From: Guillardia theta CCMP2712
Lineage: Eukaryota > Protista > Cryptophyta
Assembly: GCF_000315625.1 (NCBI RefSeq)
Contig: NW_005434574.1
Coordinates: 188,224-252,223, forward strand
Reading direction: 5' to 3'
Length of the DNA: 64,000 nt
The notes under the pieces were generated by a model that did not search any database, had not been told where the DNA came from, and saw only the letters and a list, made by a program, of their open reading frames with translations. Shown here one piece after another: positions 1 to 10,644 of this stretch. The translations under genes were made by a program, and so were the position numbers. The first letter of the stretch is position 1. The number at the start of each line of letters is the position of its first letter.

Positions 1-3000
1 GCCTGTGACTCCATCTCCTTCTTGTATTGATCTTGTTCGGTAACTTTTTCTTTCTTCTCCACCTTGTTCTCCACCTTGTTGCTATTCGCATTGGACTCCG
101 TTGAAGCTGTTGTCAAAGTAATCAACATGGGAAGTTCAAAGAATCAATGAGTGCAAGACTTACAGGCAGGGTTCTCATCCGAACTGTCTGATGTATTGTT
201 CCCTCTGAAAGAACAAAGTCAGGATCGTCCTTGACAATGAGGAAAGGAAAATTGTGAGAAGGTTATCTTCAATAAGCATTGGTATCAACATCGTTCACGC
301 TCCTCTTTTCCCGTTATCATCATTGTTGTCCTTGTGCATGATTCAAATCATCATCAACTCAATCTTCATCTCAATCATCTTTCAAGTCAACATAACAATT
401 TGTGCCGTCGTTTCCATAATCACCTTTACCATCATCACAACCATCTTCATCACTTTGACCATCGTCTTCATCATGAACATTGCATAATAATCAACAGCAG
501 CTACAACTTGAGCAGCAGCATCAGCTCCAACAACTTTACCACCACAGCCATCAATCAAGACTAACAACATTATGGAAGATTGTCATTGCAGTGAAAATGA
601 AATTTTAGCTTGATAAACGATTCAAACCTCTTTAGAACTGACGGCAAATCCTTGTAAGAGCCGTAGGACTGGAGTTTACTTGGATCAAGGCCTGATGATT
701 AACAGCCACGATTGAAATCATTACAAAATTCTCTTTCATCTCCTCAACAAGCATGTTTGACATCAAGATAAAGCTTTCTTTCATCTCCTCTCACCGATGT
801 ACTTGAAGTATCTCTCTGCTTCATCTTCTAAGAAATCCCAGTACCTTTGCAAGTTGATGTCAACGGCAGTTGATGTCAACGGCATCTTTTCGAACTCATT
901 CACATCACAAAACTCACTCTTGATCAGTCATGTTTGGTTTCCTTCCTGGCTGGACAATCTCTGACTTGGGTTCTCCACACCACTTTACTCACGTTCTGCA
1001 ATCAGCAACGAGACAATCATCACAGAAGACAACAACACCTCATCGATCTCAAAAGTGTAGCTGCAGTCTTTCCAGAAATCATCTTCGTCTGGTACAGATC
1101 TTCATGTCAAGACAATGTCTCTACGGTGATTACACACCGTTGGTTGTGTTTTGTTCCTCCTTTGGCCAATAAAATGTTTGCTGACCCATTCTCCTCTCCT
1201 CCTCATTCACTCCCTCTAGAAAAGGAACACTAGTGCCCTGTAAGACGGTCAACAGAAAAAGATTGAGATGGGGGAAGAGAGATTGTTGGCTACATCTGTC
1301 ATGGTCTTTGACATCGTGTCTTCATTGTTCTCATCTTCAAAGGACAAAGTAAGATCGAAGACAAGATCCAGCAAGGAAAGTAAAGATGATGGGAAGAGGG
1401 AAAGATATTGGTGGAGTAGTTTATGATCAGTCAGGAGAGTGTTGAAAAGTTTGAATTGATCGCATCAAAGTGAAAAGGAATCGCGGAGCAAAACAAGAGG
1501 AAAGATGATGGAGACAAAGACGCTGGGAAATATCCAAGGTACAAAAGGAACAAACGAAGTCTCATACATGGAGGAGGCATCATACTGTCAGAGCTTGGAG
1601 GGGCATTCTCGTCCCTATGAGACAGAGAAACAAAAATGTCAAACAGCGCTACAACAAGCAACTTGTCATAGAAAACCTCTTCAACGCTCCCGATGATTCG
1701 TCCCCAAGGTTCAAACCAAACTTGAAAACAACGTCAATTCTAGCAGATCTTCCATCCACTCCAGACCTTCTTTGCAAGCTCATTGGCTAGCTCGTCTCCC
1801 TTCTGAATCCCTTCCTTCATTTCATTGTCGACATCCAAACACGGGACTTGATCGTTCTCTTCAACTTCAAAGTTTCCGAATTGATCAAGATCGGGGTCAG
1901 ATGAGAATTCAAAGATATCCCTTCCTTCTCTTGCTCGCTCTTCAACACACAACAACCCCAGTCAGCACCCAACGAGTTTTCGCTGCCAAACTCGAAGTAC
2001 CGAGCTCAGCCCCGTCGTCAGCCTCCACGGGCGACTTCTTCGGATCCTCCTTCCGAACACTCTCCATTGCGACGACATTGTTCGCTTGTTCGTCTCCTTG
2101 ATCAGCGTCTTCTTCTTCATTGACGTCATCATTGTCATCTGTCAATCTCAGTGCCGTCCTGAAACGCCATCATCGGCGATCGGAGCAAGACAACAACAGC
2201 TCAGCGTTTCAACCTCTCGGTGATGTCCTCTATCTGCGTTCCACGGAAGTCTGAAGGACGAACAGCATTCAGCGCCAGGAGAGGAGAGGAGAGGAGAGGA
2301 GAGGAGAGGAGAGGAGAGGAGAGGACAGGAAAAGAGAGGACAGGACAGGAAAAGAGAGGACAGGACAGGAAAAGAGAGGACAGGACAGGAGAGGAGAGCA
2401 AAGAAAGAGAGAGCAGAGCAGAGCAGAGCAGAGGGATGCAGAGCAGAGGGATGAAGGAGATGGAGGAGATGAGATGAGGGGAGGGGAGGGGGAGATATAT
2501 GGAGGAGATGGAGGAGAGGAGAGGGGAAGGAAGAAGAGAGGAGAGGGATGAAGCAGAAGGGGAAGGGAGAGGAGAGAGGTAGGGAAAAGAGATGCATGAA
2601 GGAGGAGAGGTGAGGTGAGAGGAAGGAGGATCAGAGGAAGGGGATGAAAGGGATGAAGCAGCGAGGGAGGAGGAAGTACCGGATCTGTCGATGCCGTCCT
2701 CCCTCAGCTGCCTCGCAATCTCGTCAAAAAGCTCCTGCACATGGGTTGTCATCGAGAGTTTCCTCTAGTACACGAGAATGGAGGGACCTGCTGCTCCTGA
2801 GCAAGCTCGTCATTGTTCTTGCCGCTGCTCTTCAGTCGGGCATCGACATTCTTGACGACCTTGACATGCCCATCACACTATGATCTACAAGTCTATCTCA
2901 TCGAATTCACTTGGTTCAGCTTGAACGGGCTGTCCTCAGGCTTCCCTGCAAGGATGCTCTGCTCCCTCTCCTTCTGGGTGTCCTGCATACATCCACAACC

Positions 3001-3480
3001 TCACATCGAGCCCGCACTTCCTGCGTCAGCACCTTTCCAAGCTGTCTCCCCTTGATCTTTACGAGCTTGTCCTTGTCTGCCCTAGCGATCAGCGTTGTAC
3101 CTTAGCTCCTCTCATCGCATCGCATCGTAACCTTGCTCTAGCACATCCTGTATGCTCCTTGCAGCTCTGTCGATGTCCTCCTCATCCAAGTCGAAGTCGC
3201 TGCCTCCCTCCCCTGCCCCCGCCTGCTTCTCACACAGATCGCATGAGCCGCTAGGAAGGTTCGAGCGTCAGCAAAACCTCAGCAAGGTCCCAAGCATCTG
3301 ACTGTGCTGCTGCTGAACTTCTGTCAGCTCCCTCCCTCTCATCGCCGAATCTTGACTCTGACCTGTTCGAGCTGGTGGATTCTTCGCAGCCTTGCCCTTC
3401 CGTTGGAGCGGCCTTGTACTTGCTGTGCGTTTCCTGCACATGCAATCGTCATCCTTTACCCCCTCCAGACTCACCCCCTC
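1..3480 (-). CDS. Probable multi-exon hypothetical gene(s) with acidic low-complexity segments; structure unresolved
   Basis: Minus-strand coding-like blocks (DDNDDVNEEEDADQGDEQ, HVQELFDEIARQLREDG) separated by microsatellite-filled intron-like tracts; no recognisable domain. Confidence 0.3.
2279..2600. repeat. (GAGAG)n/(GACAG)n purine microsatellite, probably intronic
   Basis: Pentamer repeats read directly. Confidence 0.9.
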
Positions 3481-3503
3481 CTGCCCCTGCCCCTGCCCCT
3501 GCC

Positions 3504-3569
<66 letters not shown>

Positions 3570-3570
3570 T
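3480..3570. repeat. (CCTGCT/CCTGCC)n hexamer microsatellite
   Basis: Read directly. Confidence 0.9.
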
Positions 3571-4364
3571 CTAATCCTTGTTCCTTTCTCTTTCTTTACC
3601 TGAATCAAGTTCATCTCCCCTACCTCGTCGCCCTCACGCTACCTTTCATCCTCCTCCCCTCCTCGCGCTACCTTTCATCCTCCTCCCCTCCTCTGTTCCC
3701 TTTCCTCCTCCTCCATTTCCAGAACCAAGTCTCACCTAGTTCCTCCTCTCAGCCGTAGTGCGCTGTACACGTGTTCATCGACGCGACAGCATTTGCCCAA
3801 CCCAAGAGGCTCAGTCCTGTTGTCTGCAAGAGAGAGGAGGAGGAGGACGATAACGGAGATAACTGCACAGCCATGCGGAAGAAGACATTGGTAGGAAGTC
3901 ATGCCAGCATCGGTTTCCTAAGGTCACATCGAGCCAAGACTCTTCATTCCGATTTCATGCTGTGCTTTTGAGTGAGTTCAATGGACCTGTGAGGCTCTCT
4001 TGTGATATCGATGCTTTTTGGTGCAAGATCTATCGTTGCGACTGCTCGATGAGTTCCCTATCTTAAGAGTTCAAGGTGTTCCTTCCTTTGATTCTTTCAG
4101 GCTCCGATTCCTTCTCCATCTCCATTCTCATCTTCACCACCTCTTCTTGTTCTTGGTTCCTGTTCTTGATCTTGATCTTGTTCTTGTTCTTGTTCTTCTC
4201 TTCCTCCCGCAAGATCAGTTGTCCCGCGCAAGCCCCTTTGTATTGATCTCATCCGATTGAAACCGATTTTCATAAAGGCGTGTCACTGGCACCGGAAACG
4301 GTGATCATGAGTCGGCCCGGACGGCCCGGCCCCGGCGCCCGGCCTTGCGGCAGTTCCTTTCAAT

Positions 4365-4436
4365 CTTTACTGGGTCAAGCCTCCTCGACTCTCCTGATTG
4401 TCCTCGTACTGATTTTTAACTTCACTTTGAGTAAAG
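4365..4436. mobile_element. ~72-bp MITE-like element with CTTTACT...AGTAAAG terminal inverted repeats
   Basis: TIRs at 4365-4371 and 4430-4436; related copies at 8755-8794, 25192-25297, 25506-25568, 38326-38383; absent at the paralogous sites 7280-7300 and 11457-11480. Confidence 0.7.
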
Positions 4437-5059
4437 AAGGACGTTCCGGGTGAGCTCGGCAGGCGGTCGTCGGGAGCCGGCCCGGTACGGTCCATGAGCC
4501 TCGCCGGAGGCGACTGCCAGTCGGAGTCCCGGGCCGGGCCGCGCCGCCGGGGCCAGGCCAGCGTCCATCCGAAGGTGTCGGACTTTATTACGGCACTCAA
4601 AACGTTCTGTCAACTTCCGTACCACCCCTCTCCTCCCCTTGAAAACAACCGTCCGCTCCACCCCTGGCTCCACCCCCCTACTACGGATGACGGCCCCCGT
4701 AGCCTGAGAGGTCGCAAGTCAAAATCAGTCTGTGGTATGAGTGCGGCAAGCAAGCAGCGGGTTCCGGCAAGGGACGGTGCTCGGACTCCGGGACGCCAAA
4801 CCCTCGAAAGCAAGACACGCTCGGAGTCCTCTGAGAGTCTCAAGCACAAGCCTACCTCCATGCACGCGAGCAAGTCAAGTCTGCCACCCCCGACACCTGC
4901 CCTCCTCCTGACGCCCTGCATACACTGCGAGAGGCTTGCGTCCCTTGAGGACGACTGCCCCATCTTCCTTGACCTCAACTACCACCATAACTACACCAGG
5001 AAACAGCCTTCCTGCAAAAACAAAACCTACGCGCGAAGCCAGCTGAAATCCAAACAAAT

Positions 5060-6276
5060 ATGTGCCAGAGCGAACAATCACAACAAACGCTTGAAATAGA
5101 GATCAAAGAATCCTCAGAAAAATTCACCATCGATAAGCCCCCAGCCAAATGCAACGCAGATGAATTGCAAATCGAACCATCAAAGGCAACCAAGGAACTG
5201 AAAATCGATACCGAAGATGTAAAGCTTGGGTTTCAGCGTAGACCCTCCCTTCAGGACGACTGCCCCATCTTCCTTGACCTCGTCTTCCACCATAACATCC
5301 TCAAGCCAAATGACATCGACCGCTGCGGATCCTTCGCCATCCGTCGATCCTCCCTCACCTTCGGCGACGTCCTCGGCCAAGGCTCCTGCGGGGAGGTCAG
5401 GAGCGCCCTCTACAACGGCAGGCAGGTCGCCGTCAAGACCCTGTGCTCGAAGCTCGACGCCCGGTCCGAGGAGGGCAAGGACCTGCTCAAGGAGATCAGC
5501 ATGATGAGCCACGCGTTCCGGCACAAGAACGTGGTGGACTTCTACGGCATCTACGAGCACGACGGGCTGCCGTGGCTGGTGATGGAGCTGATGCCGGGGG
5601 GAGCCTGGAGCAGTACTACGAGGCCAAGAAGAAGTCGCGACGGGACGGGCGCTGGCGGCCCAAGACGAGGAGGGCAGTGTCGTGGGTGGAGGACATCCTG
5701 AGCGCGCTGGCGTACCTGCACGCGCAGAAGCCGCCGGTGATCCACCGAGACATCAAGCCGGCCAACATGCTGCTGACGGGGGACGGGAGGACGGTGAAGA
5801 TCGGGGACTTCGGGCTCAGCCGCATGTGTCCGCTGAGCCCGGGCAAGGCGCCGCTGACACCGGGAGGAGGCAGGGGGTCTGGCGGCTTCTTGTCGGACGA
5901 GTCGTTCATGTCGACGGAGCTGACAGGCACAACGGGGACGTACCGGTACATGGCGCCGGAGATCTTCCGGGGAGAGGGTCAGTACACGGCGGCGGTGGAC
6001 GTGTACTCTTTCTCGCTGGTGATGTGGTACATCTTCGCCGGGGAGCATCCCTTCTGCAACATCGACGGACACTCGGTGGCCAGCATGGCGGCCAAGTACA
6101 ACTTCCGTCCGGCAGTGCTGAGCGAGCGGATGATGCCGTGGGAGCTACAGGGGATGATGAGGCGATCATGGGCGGGGGAGGGGAAGGAGAGGCCGAGGGC
6201 GGCGGAGCTTCTGGAGGAGGTCGAGGCATGGCGAGGTAGGCGCGCGGGGTGTAGAGGTGTCTTCTCATGGAGATGA
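5060..6276 (+). pseudogene. TKL-type Ser/Thr kinase copy 1, frameshifted
   Basis: All kinase motifs present but split over two frames; G6 run at 5596-5601 versus G7 in the other copies. Could be a homopolymer sequencing error. Confidence 0.8.
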
Positions 6277-6654
6277 GGGTCAGGGAAGGAGTGATTTGGC
6301 TAAGGGAGCAAGACCTTGTCTAGTGTACTTTGTGGAGAGGAACTTTTGTACTTGAGTTTTTGAAAGATGGTAGTTTGAATTGGGAATGAACAGTGTGGTT
6401 TGCAAGTAAAGAGTTGTTTACTTGTTCCATCACATGCTTCCAAGATTGCCGCTGTCTCACATAGGCTGATGCACTTGATACATCATGCTTCCGGCTGTTT
6501 GCTGGGTTACAGGTCAGTTCTTTAGTCTGAGTCTGACGACTCACTCTCAAATGTACCAAGCTGTCACAGGTCTCCTGTGACTGAGCCCGGCACCCTGCGA
6601 TCCGATCAGTCCTGAGATGACAGGCTTGTAGCCAGTTGCAGCAGCACCTAGCAT

Positions 6655-7017
6655 GCGCTCAGCCGCATGTGTCCGCTGAGCCCGGACAAGGCGCCGCTGA
6701 CACCGGGAGGAGGCAGGGGGTCTGGCGGCTACTTGTCGGACGAGTCGTTCATGTCGACGGAGCCGACAGGCACAACGGGGACGTACCGGTACATGGCGCC
6801 GGAGATCTTCCGGGGAGAGGGTCAGTACACGGCGGCGGTGGACGTGTACTCTTTCTCGCTGGTGATGTGGTACATCTTCGCCGGGGAGCATCCCTTGGAA
6901 ATATACTTTTGTTGCGGATCATTCTACGCTCAGGGGGACTACAGGCTGAGGGCGGTGGAGCTTGTGGAGGAGATCGAGGCTTTCAGTGCGGGGTCCGCGC
7001 GCTGGATCCGTCACTGA
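6655..7017 (+). pseudogene. Kinase C-lobe fragment fused to 3' flank of the copy-2/3 type
   Basis: SRMCPLSP...GTYRYMAPE...GEHP followed by the sequence found at 10670-10780. Confidence 0.85.
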
Positions 7018-8159
7018 GTGACGAGTCACACACTAGACTCCCGGTCCACGACGGTTGGCAATCATGACTGTCGTGGGGCGGGCCCGGCCTGGCAGTGGAT
7101 TCTCATCGATGAGACAGGATGAGACAGCATTTGGCCCACCCAAGAGGTTCAGTCCTGTTGTCTGCAAGAGAGAGGAGGAGGAGGACGATAACGGGTGGTA
7201 ACTTAGCGCTGACGTTCGGTTGGTAGGAAGTCATGCCAGCATCCGGTGTGACACGCCTTCATGAAACTTTCGGAATCGGTTTCAACAGTACCGGAGGACG
7301 TTCCGGGCCGGCCCGGCGTGAGCTCGTGGGCTGAGTTGTCACTAGTAGAACTGCCGGCCCGGTACGGTCCATGATGAAGCCCCGGGCCCGCCGGGCCCGC
7401 GGGGCAGCCTCCGCTGTACGGCCGGGCCGTGGCCCCACAGCGGACGGTCGCTGCATCAGGTAGGGTTGCAGGCAACTTGAGGCATTCCGTTCGGTGCCAC
7501 GGTGGCGGCGACTCAGTCCCGGGCCGGGCTGCCGGGGCCAGGCCAGCGTCTGATCATCGGATCATGTGTTGTACCCACGGCACTCAGTGGCAGGCTTCAA
7601 CCGGGACGATGTGACGGTAACAGCATCATGCCGAAATAGCGAAAACTAGAAGGACAATATGAAGTTTTATATGAAATACCTCCGGTACCGTGTCGGGTAC
7701 ATTTTGGTACTTCATCAGGCAAAATACCGACTGTTATGCATACTATGCCCAACGTGGCAGGGCGCATCTTGTACCGGGTGGACCTGGCGGCTACTATCGT
7801 AAACTCAGCACGGTACATACAACAGATATACGGTACTACGAGGATGAGGCTTGACCGTACGGTACATTATTAGCAAGATCTTCACTGTGACGACACTATT
7901 CTTAAGTTTGAGTAAATTGAAACCTGGAGAGCAGCGCGTCCATCGAAGGTGACTTTATATTACCGCACTCAACTTGAGCCGTTGAAGCTTGGCTGAGTCA
8001 GCCGGGAAGGGCCCGGGCCGGGCCCCCACCGTCAGTCTCTTTGTTTTATTTTTGTCGTAAACTTCCGACGTGATCGCTCGGTACGTTCTGTCAACTCAGT
8101 TCGGTACCACCCCTCTCCTCCCCTTGAAAACAACCGTCCGCTCCACCCCCCTACTACCG

Positions 8160-8530
8160 TACGGATGACGGCCACCGTACCCTGAGAGGTCGCAAGTCAA
8201 AATCATCTCTTTTTGCCTCCGGAGGCTCTCCTCTCCCCTCCTCTCCCCTCCCCACGGGCCAGGCTAGGCTAGCGGCGAGTTCCGGCAAGGGACGATGCCA
8301 TGATGCTCGGACGCCGACCCCTCGAAAGCAAGACGCGCTCCTCTCAAGCACAAATACTGAGAGAGGCTTGCGTCCCTTGAGGACGACTGCCCCATCTTCC
8401 TTGACCTCAACTACCACCATAACTACACCAGGAAACAGCCTTCCTGCAAAAACAAAACCTACGCGCGAAGCCAGCTGAAATCCAAACAAATATGTGCCAG
8501 AGCGAACAATCACAACAAACTGAATTGCAC
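8160..8530 (+). pseudogene. Truncated kinase 5' region
   Basis: DDCPIFLDL module and MCQSEQSQQT start, then breaks into a scrambled tract. Confidence 0.75.
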
Positions 8531-9498
8531 TGCAGTAGCAGGCATTCCCGGCGTACTCCGGGCTCCCCGGCGACTCAGTCCCGGGCCGGGCTGCCGGGGC
8601 CAGGCCAGCGTCTGATGTTGAGTACCCATGACATCGTTGCACTTGTAACGATAAAGGGCAATATGAAGTTTTATATGTCAAATACCTCCGGTACCGTGTC
8701 GGGTACATTTTGGTACTTCATCAGGCAAAATACCGACCGTACTGTTTATGACGGCTTTACTCAAAGTTAAGTTACTGAAAATCAGTACGAGGACTGTCAA
8801 GTTATGCATACTATGCCCAACGTGGCACTGTCAGGGCGCATCTTGTACCGGGTGGACCTGGCGGCTAGTCGTACTACGGTAAACTCAGCACGCCGGGTAC
8901 ATACAAGCACTCAACTTGAGCCGTTGAAGCTTGGCTGAGTCAGCCGGGAAGGGCCCGGGCCCCCGGGTGACTGTCAGTAAAAACCGTGTCAGTCTTGGAA
9001 GAAGTTTGTTTTATTTTTGTCGTAAACTTCCGACGTGATCGCTCGGTACGTTCTGTCAACTTCCGTACCACCCCTCTCCTCCCCTTGAAAACAACCGTCC
9101 GCTCCACCCCCCTACTACCGTACGGATGACGGCCACCGTACCCTGGGAGGTCGCAAGTCAAATTCATCTCTTTTTGCCTCCTCTTCTCTCCCCTCCCCTC
9201 CTCTCCCCTCCCCTCTCCTCGCCTCGCCTCTCCACTCCTCTCAGTCGGCTGTGGTGAGTGCGGCAGGCTAGCGGCGAGTTCCGGCAAGGAACGATGCCAT
9301 GATGCTCGGACGCCGAACCCTCGACTGCTAGACACGCTCCTCTCAACTTCACAAATACTGAGAGAGGCTTGCGTCCCTTGAGGACGACTGCCCCATCTTC
9401 CTTGACCTCAACTACCACCATAACTACATCTTTCCTAGGAAACAACCTTCCTACAAAAACAAAACCTACGCGCGAAGCCAGCTGAAGTCCAAACAAAT

Positions 9499-10644
9499 AT
9501 GTGCCAGAGCGAACAATCACAACAAACACTTGAAATTGAACCTTCAAAGGCAACCAAGGAACTGAAAATCGATACCGAAGATGTAAAGCTTGGGTTTGTG
9601 CGTAGACCCTCCCTTCAGGACGACTGCCCCATCTTCCTCGACCTCGTCTTCCACCATAACATCCTCAAGCCAAATGACATCGACCGCTGCGGATCCTTCG
9701 CCATCCGTCGATCCTCCCTCACCTTCGGCGACGTCCTCGGCCAAGGCTCCTGCGGGGAGGTCAGGAGCGCCCTCTACAACGGCAGGCAGGTCGCCGTCAA
9801 GACCCTGTGCTCCAAGCTCGACGCCCGGTCCGAGGAGGGCAAGGACCTGCTCAAGGAGATCGGCATGATGAGCCACGCGTTCCGGCACAAGAACGTGGTG
9901 GACTTCTACGGCATCTACGAGCACGACGGGCTGCCGTGGCTGGTGATGGAGCTGATGCCGGGGGGGAGCCTGGAGCAGTACTACGAGGCCAAGAAGAAGT
10001 CGCGACGGGACGGGCGCTGGCGGCCCAAGACGAGGAGGGCAGTGTCGTGGGTGGAGGACATCCTGAGCGCGCTGGCGTACCTGCACGCGCAGAAGCCGCC
10101 GGTGATCCACCGAGACATCAAGCCGGCCAACATGCTGCTGACGGGGGACGGGAGGACGGTGAAGATCGGGGACTTCGGGCTCAGCCGCATGTGTCCGCTG
10201 AGCCCGGGCAAGGCGCCGCTGACACCGGGAGGAGGCAGGGGGTCTGGCGGCTTCTTGTCGGACGAGTCGCCCATGTCGACGGAGCTGACAGGCACAACGG
10301 GGACGTACCGGTACATGGCGCCGGAGATCTTCCGGGGAGAGGGTCAGTACACGGCGGCGGTGGACGTGTACTCTTTCTCGCTGGTGATGTGGTACATCTT
10401 CGCCGGGGAGCATCCCTTCTGCAACATCGACGGACACTCTGTGGCATGTATCAGTGCTGAGAATGACATGCGGCCCGAAGTGCTGTACAGGATGCGGATA
10501 CCGAGAGAGCTACAGGGGATGATGAGGCGATCATGGGCGGGGAAGGGGAAGGAGAGGCCGAGGGCGGCGGAGCTTCTGGAGGAGGTCGAGGCATGGCGGA
10601 TAAGGGATGAGACATCATGCTGGTTGAAGGTACCTTGGAGATAA
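9499..10644 (+). CDS. TKL-type Ser/Thr protein kinase copy 2, intronless
   Basis: GQGSCGEV, VAVK, HRDIKPAN, DFG, GTYRYMAPE, DVYSF motifs. Confidence 0.93.
   Translation: MCQSEQSQQTLEIEPSKATKELKIDTEDVKLGFVRRPSLQDDCPIFLDLVFHHNILKPNDIDRCGSFAIRRSSLTFGDVLGQGSCGEVRSALYNGRQVAVKTLCSKLDARSEEGKDLLKEIGMMSHAFRHKNVVDFYGIYEHDGLPWLVMELMPGGSLEQYYEAKKKSRRDGRWRPKTRRAVSWVEDILSALAYLHAQKPPVIHRDIKPANMLLTGDGRTVKIGDFGLSRMCPLSPGKAPLTPGGGRGSGGFLSDESPMSTELTGTTGTYRYMAPEIFRGEGQYTAAVDVYSFSLVMWYIFAGEHPFCNIDGHSVACISAENDMRPEVLYRMRIPRELQGMMRRSWAGKGKERPRAAELLEEVEAWRIRDETSCWLKVPWR

Noticed and set aside
9544-10460. Long antisense and alternate-frame ORFs over each kinase
   Set aside because: Expected shadow ORFs of GC-rich coding sequence; repeated only because the kinase is duplicated.
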